A DNA stretch of 64,000 nucleotides, from the IMG/VR virus record IMGVR_UViG_3300029725_000150, positions 2,142 to 66,141 of that record, one strand, 5' to 3'. The position numbers and the translations under genes are program-made. A model generated the notes under the pieces. It was not told the DNA's origin. It worked only from the letters and a program-made list of their open reading frames with translations, and did not search any database. Of this stretch, positions 19,266 through 29,400 are shown one piece after another. This stretch comes from a virus. Position 1 is the stretch's first letter. Every line of letters begins with the position of its first letter.

Positions 19266-19523
19266 CTAAACAAAGACATACTTAATCATCATTGCCGATC
19301 CTCCCGGAATAGCAACGGTGGGTATATCCGTATTAAAATGCTTCCCAATACCACCCAAGGGAAGCGGGAAATATTTATTCAAACTATATTTTATGCCAAT
19401 TGGCATAAATATACCTCTGGTTCTCACGAAAGAGCGGTATGACTTTGATAAAGTTATTTTATGAATACAACCTAGTGTAATATCTTTAAGTAATGACTCC
19501 AGTCCATCACGGATGAGAGCCAT
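19266..19523 (-). CDS. hypothetical protein (85 aa)
   Basis: ORF track; downstream of the terminase gene on the minus strand. Confidence 0.35.
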   Translation of the reverse strand: MALIRDGLESLLKDITLGCIHKITLSKSYRSFVRTRGIFMPIGIKYSLNKYFPLPLGGIGKHFNTDIPTVAIPGGSAMMIKYVFV

Positions 19524-19882
19524 AAGGGGTTATAAATATATAACATATACACATGAAAAAACGTGGCACCGTCACAACTACCAAGACCCGGCGTCCCCAC
19601 GCCAACATAACAGGTAGTAAGCAACGGCCCACGTCTTATATATAGATTATATATACAAATAACGTGGGCGTATTGTTGCTATCGGCTCCCTGTTATGTTT
19701 ATAAATTTGGGGAATTTAGGTCTTTATAGGAGACGATATCTTTAACGCCACAATGTGTGTCACGTCTTACATTCTAATCAGTGACTACGCGAATATACTC
19801 TCTTTATTTTATATTAGTAAAAAATAAGTCGTATTTTATTTATCTAATATTGATTTTTACAGGGAAAACGTTCATGCGCAAG

Positions 19883-21997
19883 CTATAAACTCGACTCATT
19901 TTTTGGATATGAATCGAGATATCCCGTTGATTCTTCTTTGATTATAGAAGGCTTAGGCATATCCTCTGATATGAGCGCTCCTATCATGTCTGTCATCAAT
20001 ATATCGTCGTGATTGCCACGACCGGGAATATTCCCGTAACTACCGTCCGGACGTTGCTCGTATTTGGATGCCTCCTTATACATGCGCTCATCCGGGTCTA
20101 TGAACATATCGTCCTCGAACGCCACTATGAAATTATCCACCATGTCCTGCTTGGTCTTCTTGTTGGTCTGGAAGCCTATCTTCTTGTATATGCCGTTCCT
20201 TATGTCCTCGGGATCCGTCGCCGCACGCATGTAAAGATTGGGGTAGATATCCTCTATCTTTTTCAGTATGCCACGAATATGATCGCCTTCCTCCACGAAC
20301 TCGGATGCCTCTGATTTTTTCTTATCAAACGTATTGCTCTCGAAGGCGAGAAGGGCGTTCTTGTAGTATCTGGCGATCTTGACGGCTTTGTAGGCGAGCC
20401 AGTCATATCGTATATGACCGTGCCATCTGGCTACCACCTCCGGCTTTCCTCCGCTGAATCGTAAATTCCACCTGTTTATAACCGTTATACATGACGGGTC
20501 TGAGTTCTTGCTACGTCCACCGACATCGACGATGACAAGATACTCGTTGGATGTCCTTGTATCATCGGGCCTCTTCCAGATTCTCAACAGGCCGTTCGGA
20601 TTCTTGGTGAGAATTATCCTCTTGGTCTTCTCTGATTGGGATATGTCGCCAATGAACTCCGGGGGTGATACGTATCTTTCCCGCATCACCTCGATCGTAT
20701 AGATATTGAACACGAGATTACCGGAATACTTGAAACACTCGACATCATCGGATGGTGCCTCGGATGCCATCGATGCGTGATCATGGAACGAGGCCCTTTT
20801 CTTGATATACCATTTGATGTGCTCCAGCGTAGCTCCTTTTTCCCATAGAGACCATAGATACTGTCCCGGCTCGCTATTGTCATTAGGGGAGGTCGTGACA
20901 TCCCTTCCCTCTAATAGATCCAGTATGAAAAGCCGGGTCTCTTTCTTGTCCTTGAATCTTATCATGTCGTTCTCGATAAAGAAGAACGGTATGAATATCG
21001 CCTTACGGGATGACGTGCCCTCCTTGGCCATTTGGTACTCATCATAGAAATAACCGGCCATGCCATTAGCTGTAGACTCGGAGATCTCCATGGTCAACGG
21101 TCTCTCCAATATATTCGAGTCTATGTTTGTTATAACCTGCTCCGCCGATTTGCCATCCGTTGTTTTCCAGTAGGCTACCTCCGAGAAGTGGGCCATGGCA
21201 TAGTCCATACCACGTGTTGACTCGAAATTCTCATAAGATGCCACGGTTATCACGTTATCACGTACCTTGTTCCCGGACGGGTCGGTGATTATGGAGTCGG
21301 ACGCCGAATGCTCGTAAGGGGCGAATTGTAGCTTGTCAACACCATATATAAATCCCGGGATATTATCGAGAACCTTTTTATACATGGCCTTGATACGTTT
21401 GGCGGTATCTTTCGTCTGGGCTATAATTACGGAATACCATCCTTCCATGACGAATAGCTGTATCCACGCCATATAGAGCTGTACCAAGGTGGAACCTCCC
21501 CATTGCCGGGCTTTCAATAATATTATACGGATCGGGACTCCCTTATGCCTCATTTCCTCCAGAACGGATAGCACGTAACGTTGGGCGTAATTAAGCTCGA
21601 AGGGGATCATTTCTCCCGCCTCTTTCGACTTGATCTTAAATAACGAGAAAAAGGCGAAGGACGGGTCTCTCGAGCAACGAGCCCAAAATAGCATGTTGGC
21701 CACGTCCTCCTCATTTATCCCATCTGAATCCGGGTACAGCTCGTTGAACCTTATCGTGTAGTCCTTTATGGAACCAGCTTTCAGAACATCTTGATACAGA
21801 TCGTTCTTGAAAACCTCCTCGGTAAGCCACTGCACCCTTATGGGGTAATCATCTATGACAACCCTATGGATATGCCCCTCCATTCCACGCCCCGTGAATT
21901 GGTCGTGCGTGCCGAATATATTTTTCAGCCTCTTGTTATTCTCGGCCAATATAGACTCAACCTCTTCCGTGAACGCTAATTTTCTGTATGACTCCAT
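19883..21997 (-). CDS. terL: terminase large subunit
   Basis: 704 aa. KARQWGGST is a Walker-A-like P-loop. The C-terminal YLVIVDVGGRSKNSDPSCITV looks like an RNaseH-fold nuclease motif. Acidic stretches typical of TerL. Confidence 0.6.
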   Translation of the reverse strand: MESYRKLAFTEEVESILAENNKRLKNIFGTHDQFTGRGMEGHIHRVVIDDYPIRVQWLTEEVFKNDLYQDVLKAGSIKDYTIRFNELYPDSDGINEEDVANMLFWARCSRDPSFAFFSLFKIKSKEAGEMIPFELNYAQRYVLSVLEEMRHKGVPIRIILLKARQWGGSTLVQLYMAWIQLFVMEGWYSVIIAQTKDTAKRIKAMYKKVLDNIPGFIYGVDKLQFAPYEHSASDSIITDPSGNKVRDNVITVASYENFESTRGMDYAMAHFSEVAYWKTTDGKSAEQVITNIDSNILERPLTMEISESTANGMAGYFYDEYQMAKEGTSSRKAIFIPFFFIENDMIRFKDKKETRLFILDLLEGRDVTTSPNDNSEPGQYLWSLWEKGATLEHIKWYIKKRASFHDHASMASEAPSDDVECFKYSGNLVFNIYTIEVMRERYVSPPEFIGDISQSEKTKRIILTKNPNGLLRIWKRPDDTRTSNEYLVIVDVGGRSKNSDPSCITVINRWNLRFSGGKPEVVARWHGHIRYDWLAYKAVKIARYYKNALLAFESNTFDKKKSEASEFVEEGDHIRGILKKIEDIYPNLYMRAATDPEDIRNGIYKKIGFQTNKKTKQDMVDNFIVAFEDDMFIDPDERMYKEASKYEQRPDGSYGNIPGRGNHDDILMTDMIGALISEDMPKPSIIKEESTGYLDSYPKNESSL

Positions 21998-22430
21998 AGA
22001 TGATATAGGCTATTAGGAATGACAGCAAGTGTATCCTCCAGTTGAATAAGGGGATAAACGCCATGACGATATTGCTCAATATTATTCTCCAAAGGCTTAG
22101 TTTATAGGCGTGATATCTGCGGGCGTAACATCCCATGATAAATCCGGACATGCCGCATGTAGGAACCGGCAATGAGGCTAGTGGTACGAACGAGGCCAAG
22201 ACGCAAGACACGTAACCGATCAGGCATGTTTTCACACGAGGCTTAAACTGGAATAAGGCGATAAGATTTAATGATAAATGAAAGATGTTTGCGTGGGTGA
22301 ACGTGTAAAGGAAATGGTCGTATGGTATGGAATTGGTATCGAAATAGAAATGTTTACCTGCGAGTTGGAGTATGACGCTTGTCAAGGCGATTATTAATGA
22401 AGGAATCAGTCTTTTTAGCTTACCTTCCAT
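21957..22430 (-). CDS. compact rhomboid-family intramembrane serine protease-like protein (157 aa, 6 TM)
   Basis: FTHANIFHLSLNL matches the rhomboid TM2 H-x4-H-x3-N motif. GMSGFIMG matches the GxSG motif with the catalytic Ser. TM6 RIHLLSFLIAY carries the catalytic His. Overlaps the terminase start and the end of the upstream ORF. Confidence 0.6.
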   Translation of the reverse strand: MEGKLKRLIPSLIIALTSVILQLAGKHFYFDTNSIPYDHFLYTFTHANIFHLSLNLIALFQFKPRVKTCLIGYVSCVLASFVPLASLPVPTCGMSGFIMGCYARRYHAYKLSLWRIILSNIVMAFIPLFNWRIHLLSFLIAYIIYGVIQKISVHGRG

Positions 22431-22857
22431 TTTTCCTTTCCCGGTTGATGCGTTGTATTATCGCCAACGCCCGTGAATAGGATATGTAAAAACAGGGGGC
22501 CGTTTGGTAGACCGCGAAAGAGGTGATGAAATAAACGGAGCTTCCCTTGAATTCTCTCTTTTTCTCCAGCTCTTTGTAAATCTCATAAATGTCATCGATC
22601 ATCTTGTTCCTGATCGATCGACCCTTTTCCTTGGTCTTCCCCTTCCTGATCAGCAGGATTCCCCTATACGCTTGAAGGGTGGAGATCCAGAACCTAGAGG
22701 CATGGGAGGATATAGCCCTCATTACCGCCTCTCGGTGGGATTTCACTTCCCTCATCTTCAAAGCACGTCTATAAGCTTCGTAAAGCTCCATGTCCCGCTC
22801 TGGGATGAAATCTACGCCATTAACCATAAAGAACGCTTGTTTTGGTGAACATCGCAA
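22420..22857 (-). CDS. hypothetical protein; small terminase subunit is possible from position only
   Basis: First gene of the minus-strand packaging operon; basic and helical. No motif recognised. Confidence 0.35.
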   Translation of the reverse strand: MRCSPKQAFFMVNGVDFIPERDMELYEAYRRALKMREVKSHREAVMRAISSHASRFWISTLQAYRGILLIRKGKTKEKGRSIRNKMIDDIYEIYKELEKKREFKGSSVYFITSFAVYQTAPCFYISYSRALAIIQRINRERKNGR

Positions 22858-22980
22858 AGATAAAAAATAGATTCACATGTTTGATTATTCTTAGGGTTCA
22901 TGGGGTAAATAAAATAATCAAAATAACAAAACGGATATACCTTATTATTTTCCTTTGCCTAAAACAAAATCGATTAAGGT

Positions 22981-23685
22981 ATGGCAGATATATCTAACAA
23001 AGAGAGATTCAGACAAAGATACGCCAAACGGAATCCGGATCTTAACATGGATGACGAGGAGGCTTACTACGGCTCGGTCAACCAGTTCATGGACGAGTAT
23101 GAGGGTTACGAGGGTAACTCTAAGAAAATGCGGGAGAACCTATCCAAGAGTCCAGCTTTCGCCGAGTTGATGGTAGCCGCTAGGGATCAGGATGATTTCG
23201 ATCCCGTGGTGTGGATGGTACAGAATAAGGGGCTTGACTTAAAAGCCTTGGCCGATGATCCCGATTATTCGCAAAAGCTGGCCGACGCTCATAACGCTTA
23301 CTTGGAGAAACTGGCGAAACAGGACGAGATCGAGAAACAAATGTCGGAGAATATGCCGGCTAGCGTGGAAGGGATAAAGGCGAAAGCCTCGGAGATGGGC
23401 CTTTCCGATGATCAAGCGGAGGAGGTTATAGGCAAGATGTATCAAGTCATGGATGATTTGATCGTCGGTAAATTGGACCCGTCTATTTTCGAGATGATGG
23501 CCAAGGGAATGAATTATAACCAAGACGTGGAGGCCGCTCGGGAGGAAGGCGTTGCGGAAGGGATCAACAAGAAAGTTACCGACAAGTTAAAGGATCTTAG
23601 CGGTAAGCAGGAAAGGCCGAGAGGAAGACAAGGAGCACGGCAGGAGAAGCCGGTTACGCAAGACGTGAACAATCCTTTTTTATAA
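22981..23685 (+). CDS. acidic coiled-coil protein, putative scaffolding protein
   Basis: 234 aa, Asp/Glu-rich, immediately upstream of the putative capsid gene. Confidence 0.45.
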   Translation: MADISNKERFRQRYAKRNPDLNMDDEEAYYGSVNQFMDEYEGYEGNSKKMRENLSKSPAFAELMVAARDQDDFDPVVWMVQNKGLDLKALADDPDYSQKLADAHNAYLEKLAKQDEIEKQMSENMPASVEGIKAKASEMGLSDDQAEEVIGKMYQVMDDLIVGKLDPSIFEMMAKGMNYNQDVEAAREEGVAEGINKKVTDKLKDLSGKQERPRGRQGARQEKPVTQDVNNPFL

Positions 23686-23688
23686 TAA

Positions 23689-23714
23689 GAATAATAACAA
23701 TTAATACTTTTGCG
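23689..23714 (+). promoter_or_regulatory. Bacteroidales-type promoter -7 element (TAnnTTTG) upstream of the putative capsid gene
   Basis: TAATACTTTTGCG lies immediately 5' of the ATG at 23715. Confidence 0.4.
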
Positions 23715-25316
23715 ATGAATAAATTATTTAAAGACAAGATGTTTTGGGTCAAGGCTTTGTTCTTTGTCTTGGCGGTATTGACCGGTGGAGCGGCTATGGC
23801 CGTGGAGATCGGGGGGAATGGAAGTGATACGGATCCCAATGATGGCAAGCCGTTGGAGAACGCGACCCCGGACGCGGCGGGTAAGGGTATTGACCAGCAG
23901 GGGCAGGGGGCTACCGGATCCGCGGTCACCGACGCTGATCTGGCCGAGAACAAGGTAGAGGATTACGTCAGTAAATTCCAGGCGTACAAATATCCCATGC
24001 ACACGGATTTCCTCAAGCTCGCCAAGCAAGTCCATGTCAACACGAAGGAACCGGAGCATTACAATATTGGCGAGGCTATAATGGATTGCGTTACCAAGGC
24101 GGATGTGACCAACACGGACAAGGACGCTGAGGTAAAGCTTAGCTTGTACAAGAATGACGAGAAGTTATTCGCCGAGTGCAACACCGTCTTGGTGGACGGG
24201 GTGACCGGATATGATGAGGCGGGCAATTCAGACGGAAGTCCGTTGGTTCTCTATGTCGTATCGGCGGATAAGGCTAACGGTATTATGGTTGCCGCCCTTA
24301 ACGGCCCGTTGGATGATAGCGGGAACATGTATGTGCCGGACTTGAAAGCGGGCACCGGATTGCATATCATGGCACCGGCAATGAGCGAGAGCGAGGTTGA
24401 GATCGCCCCGGATTCCGCTTATCCCAAGAAAGAGATCGCCTACTTGCAGAAGAAGGTATGCCCGATCACGTGGACGGAATTCTTCGAGCGTATCAACAAG
24501 AAGGCGAAGTGGAACGTGCAAGACTTGAAGGATTGGACTTTGTCTAATTTCCGCAAGAAATGCACGCGCACGATGTTGATCGGCGTAGGAACTAAGTCCT
24601 TGAAGTATGGCTCCAAGAAAACAGGTACAGAATACGTGTATTTCCAAAAAGGAGTGTTGAGACAATTACGGCTGGGTTACCAGATCGGTTCGACATTGGA
24701 GTTCGCCGACCTTATCGGTATCACCCGTATGCTTTTCGGGAAGTACTCGAACACGAACGAGATGGACGTGTATTGCGGTACCAAGTTCATCGAGAAGTTG
24801 CTGAACATCGATTTCACGAAACATAAGGATATCTCATTCGTCAAGAAACAGAATATCGGTATCGATATCTCCTCTTTCGAGACCACTTTCGGAAAGCTGA
24901 ACTTCAAGGTCGAGCACGCCCTTGACGATCTTGGATATGAGGAATGCGCCGTCGCTTTCCCGATGTCCGAGGCCAAGCGTTATTACTACCAGAAAGGAAA
25001 GACTCTTACCGTGGATCATTCCAAGGGGGAAGGCGGTGAGGTGCGGGAGGCCAAATCCCAATATTATATTCAGGATGACTGCTTGATGCTTACGGGTTAT
25101 AACTCGATGCTGATCGGTCCGGACGTGACAGTGAGCGGATATAAGCTGTCTATGCTTGACACGGTCGTTTCCAGCGTGGCTTCCCTGAGTTCCGTATCTA
25201 CACCGAAAAAGGACGATGTGGTTTACTTGACCGTAGCGGACGATACGCACGCCGTCGGATTATATGTATATGACGGTACGGCATGGAAACCATACAAGGG
25301 AGAGATCAACGTGTAA
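23715..25316 (+). CDS. putative major capsid protein
   Basis: 533 aa, follows the scaffold-like gene. Strong hairpin right after its stop. Assignment rests on position and size only. Confidence 0.45.
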   Translation: MNKLFKDKMFWVKALFFVLAVLTGGAAMAVEIGGNGSDTDPNDGKPLENATPDAAGKGIDQQGQGATGSAVTDADLAENKVEDYVSKFQAYKYPMHTDFLKLAKQVHVNTKEPEHYNIGEAIMDCVTKADVTNTDKDAEVKLSLYKNDEKLFAECNTVLVDGVTGYDEAGNSDGSPLVLYVVSADKANGIMVAALNGPLDDSGNMYVPDLKAGTGLHIMAPAMSESEVEIAPDSAYPKKEIAYLQKKVCPITWTEFFERINKKAKWNVQDLKDWTLSNFRKKCTRTMLIGVGTKSLKYGSKKTGTEYVYFQKGVLRQLRLGYQIGSTLEFADLIGITRMLFGKYSNTNEMDVYCGTKFIEKLLNIDFTKHKDISFVKKQNIGIDISSFETTFGKLNFKVEHALDDLGYEECAVAFPMSEAKRYYYQKGKTLTVDHSKGEGGEVREAKSQYYIQDDCLMLTGYNSMLIGPDVTVSGYKLSMLDTVVSSVASLSSVSTPKKDDVVYLTVADDTHAVGLYVYDGTAWKPYKGEINV

Positions 25317-25335
25317 ACTGTAATATTGTCAAACA

Positions 25336-25366
25336 AGACCCACCGGAGCAAACGCACGGTGGGTCT
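25336..25366 (+). terminator. perfect 10-bp stem hairpin after the capsid gene (AGACCCACCG...CGGTGGGTCT)
   Basis: Inverted repeat 20 nt after the stop, followed by an A/T-rich stretch. Terminator or attenuator. Confidence 0.5.
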
Positions 25367-25381
25367 AATAAAATCAATCGA

Positions 25382-25786
25382 ATGATCACGAAAACATATG
25401 AGTTGGTAGGCAAGGATAATTGCATGCTCCGTACTATATACTGCGGCACAAGGGTCAGCATGGAGTTCAAGGGCGGTAATTTCATCAATGGTAAGAACGC
25501 CTTACTACGGACTAGCAACCCTTTCGTACAAGACGCTATCGAGAATGATTGCCGATTTGGTACGTCTATCCGGCTCGTCTCTACGTTAAAAGACGATGAT
25601 GTGTCTGGTGTCTCGGTCATGAGGAACTCGAGAGGCCGGGAAAAACAAGTGAAAGAGGTCAAGACCGTAAAGAACGTGAATGATGCTATTGACTATTTCG
25701 CCAAGATGGGCTATAAAGTGGAGAACGATGATATGCTTGAGGAGTTAAAGGATAAATTAAGTGTCTCGTTCCCGAACATGAAATGA
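25382..25786 (+). CDS. hypothetical structural-module protein (~135 aa; start MITKTYELVG)
   Basis: The ORF-track ORF at 25283 overlaps the capsid gene; the internal ATG at 25382 is the likelier start. Confidence 0.4.
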   Translation: MITKTYELVGKDNCMLRTIYCGTRVSMEFKGGNFINGKNALLRTSNPFVQDAIENDCRFGTSIRLVSTLKDDDVSGVSVMRNSRGREKQVKEVKTVKNVNDAIDYFAKMGYKVENDDMLEELKDKLSVSFPNMK

Positions 25787-25787
25787 T

Positions 25788-26426
25788 ATGGATATTAGCG
25801 TGAGCGACATAGTGAGTGAGGTCAAGATCTGCATAGACGAGATCGGGCTTAATGACGCTGAGTTCCTAGGAACGCAGGATAACGAGGAAATGGACACGAT
25901 TATCAAGTCCAAGATATCGGAGGCGTTGCGCTTCGTAAACGGTAACGCGGACTGGGGCCTGCTGGAACCGAACAAGATAATAACGGACGGAACCATAGAG
26001 GAAGATCTTGTCGCTCATGTAAGCTTGCCGGAGAACTACTCTCGGATTTGTTACGCTAGGCTATCATCATGGCCTTTATTTATTTCAGATCCTATCTATT
26101 GGAACGATAAGGAATACGCCACGCTGTCGGATCCATACGCAACTGGGACATGGGAAAGACCTAAACTGGCGTTGACCATGAGGCCGGGTAAGACATTGGA
26201 GCTATATAAGGCGAAGGATAAATCCGACACGTTCGAGATCGGGATCATAACGGACGAGGATATAACGGATAGCTTGGAGGTAAGCCCCAAGCTGAAAAAG
26301 GCGCTGATCTATTATATATCCGGCCTCACGTTGCTTACTTACAGGGATCAGCACGCGGACAGTATGTTTAATCAAGCGTTGGTTCTTATGGGTGTCAATC
26401 CATCCGGGGCCAACTCCAATCAATAA
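25788..26426 (+). CDS. hypothetical structural-module protein (212 aa), possible head-tail adaptor
   Basis: Sits between the capsid and tail-fibre genes. No motif recognised. Confidence 0.45.
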   Translation: MDISVSDIVSEVKICIDEIGLNDAEFLGTQDNEEMDTIIKSKISEALRFVNGNADWGLLEPNKIITDGTIEEDLVAHVSLPENYSRICYARLSSWPLFISDPIYWNDKEYATLSDPYATGTWERPKLALTMRPGKTLELYKAKDKSDTFEIGIITDEDITDSLEVSPKLKKALIYYISGLTLLTYRDQHADSMFNQALVLMGVNPSGANSNQ

Positions 26427-26441
26427 CAAGACTATAGAATC

Positions 26442-29400
26442 ATGGTATACATATTCAAGGACAGGTTAATTCGGGTAGAGTGGACTATTTACAAGGGGAT
26501 AAGCCCGGTGAAAGAGGATTTCTCCCGATCTAATGTAAAGGTTTTTCTATTAGGCAACCGGGAGAAATATCTACTTCAAGCGAGAGCGGACAAAGGTACG
26601 CTTTATGTAGACATTCCTTCAGGGTTGGAAGAAGGAACTTACTCTATCGAGGCGATATGGGTCAAGAATATGGATCATGTCTTTGATACACGAAGCGTAT
26701 GCCGCTCCAAGAAAGAGGATCTTTTCTCTATTACCGAATTTGAGGACGAGGCTACGAATATCGGAGAAGGCGTCGTCGTGCTGAAAGTAAAGACCTCTAC
26801 CGCCACTTATGGCTATGATGGTTTGTCCTCATACGAGCTGGCCGTATTACGTGGGGACTGGAACGGTACGGAAGGAGAGTGGCTGAAGCATGAGCGTTAC
26901 GTAAGCGTACTCAATTCCCGTGGTGATAGCGAGGTTGATACCATGAGCCAAAAGGCCATTACCGATGAGTTGGAGGCACAAGACAATGCCATAGAGGATA
27001 TTCGGGAAGATACGGAAAAACTTGATAATCGTGTAGAGAAAGCGGAGGACAAGGTTAATAATATGGGGGATGTCGTTGATGAGATCAAGAGCCATGCCCC
27101 GGTATCAGCCCATCCCGCCGGTTTCAAGCCGGACATCGACCTTACCCCGGAGATCACGGTAGACCGTGCTTGGAGAGACCATGAGGGTAACGTTATCCGT
27201 GATACGTATATCACCCGGAGAGGATTGCGGAACGAGATAATCGACATCACCAACCAGCAGGTAACGGACTTGAAGCCCGGTTCCGTCGATCCGGACGATC
27301 TTTCCGAGGCTACCAAGCAATTGATCGGTAACAAGAGCATAACCAACCTTCCGGACGAGGAGGATATAACCGTGACGGATAACCAGACCTTGAAGTTGAA
27401 AGACAAGGAATACGCCCCGAAGGATTACTCCGGTATGGGACGTGTGTATCTCCGGAAGCATTACGTGAACGGCGTGAACACGCTCACGCAGCACATGATG
27501 AGAAAGCCTAATACCATCTACATCATCCAGTACGACTACTGCCTAGCCGGTCAGACGATCGAGGTGCCGGAGAATTGCGTATTGCGGTTCGAGGGGGGAT
27601 CGTTGAGAAATGGTACACTAGTGGGTCATGATTCTTATATTGATTCCAGTTTGTCAACAATATTTCATTCGTTGGAAATAAATGGATCTTTTCTAAATAG
27701 AGAATCAAATGTATCATGGTTTACTAATGAAGAATTAACAACCAAAATATTTAAAAGTTTATCTAATATTTCAAGAAATGTAAATTTAAATAAATGTACA
27801 TTATGGTGTAGTAGGATTGATATAAAGGATATACAAAAGATTCACAATGGAAGGCTACAATCCAAGAATATAAATGAAAATCAATCTGTCAATATCCTAT
27901 ATATTCATGATACAAATTCTGATGTATTGATAGAGAATGTGATTTTTGACGGTATGGCTCATACTTATGCCATGAAAGAACACAACCCGGAGAACTTGTT
28001 AAGAATAGAAAATTGTTTTAATGTAACTGTCAAACAATGCGAGTTTTTAAATTATTCTCAATGTCAATCCATAAAGGAACCAGTGGAAGAATGGGGATTA
28101 TATTATCAATCAGCCGTGAATATTAATAATAATCATAATGTTGTATTTGATTCGAATATCGCCCACGATAATCATTTTGAACAATTTATTTTTTATGATC
28201 CTACACTTAAATATTCTTTGCGTGTTACAAATTGTATTACTTATGGTAATTATCAAGCTTATGGTACTTTTATAAACTATGGTTTTAAGAGCACTTTGTA
28301 TGATGGCAACTATTTGACTCAAGGCGTTGCTTCTTTTATAGCTACTCAATCGGATAACTGTATATATACTAATAACTATTTTGAAGACTGTTCCTATTTT
28401 GCTATATCAACAGAATGGACTGGTGGATGCTATATGAATAAAAGTCAATTGATTAAAGGTAATATTGCCAAGAACTGCCGGTATGGCGCTTTTAATGTTG
28501 GAGTATACGATATAATTATTAGTGATAATATAATAGAAAGCTGTGGGGGGAGGTATGGCAGTATCTATTGTAAAGGTAAAACATATGGAAATCATCCATA
28601 TGCTATACAAAGTGCCAAATCATTACCTTATGATACAAAAGAGTTTTCCCCAGCTTATAATATTGTTATATCCGATAATATTATACTTAATGATCTAGGT
28701 AATGATGCTATTTGCATAAAATCTCATTCACATTTTTTAGATGTAACTACTATTGATAAATTTGGAGTAATTAATAATATATTAATATCGAATAATCAAA
28801 TAGAGAGCAAATCTAGGCCTTTTCGAATATTGGACTCTGATATAGAGGGTCTTAAAATCATAAATAATACCTTTACAATCAAAGGGAAGGATGTCTCTAT
28901 ATATATTAAAGATGATGCTACTAGTTTGACATCATTAAAAAATAGTATAAAAGGTTTAACTATAAAAGGGAACAATTTTAAGACGGATAAAATATTTGGA
29001 AATTATATAGTATATAGTCTTATAAGGGGAGGGGTTTCGGATCTTGTCTTTGAGGATAATAATATAGAAGCTATAACAACTGCTGAATCAGTAATAAATT
29101 TTGGAGGAAATGCTGGAACCGTCACCGTCAAAAGTGTTAAAAATAACAACTTTCCTTATTGTGTTCCGATATTAAAACAGGCAGGATATTTATATAAAGG
29201 AAACTCTGTTCCGATTACACAGAATGAATACCTTCTGAATGGAAGTGTTACTTTTTTTCCTGTCAATTGTATGGAAGGTGATGTTTTAATTACTAATTCA
29301 AAACAAGATTGTAGTAGATTTTTGGTTGTGGAAAGAGGAACCACGAATTTGTCTAAAATTCCTGTATCTACCACATCAAACTCTCCTGTGATTGTTGTTT

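Noticed and set aside
18848-19285. Plus-strand 145-aa ORF spanning the promoter region of the AT-rich island
   Set aside because: It runs antisense to and overlaps the start of the 336-aa minus-strand gene. The region is AT-rich and intergenic; the hydrophobic translation is typical of AT-rich noise.
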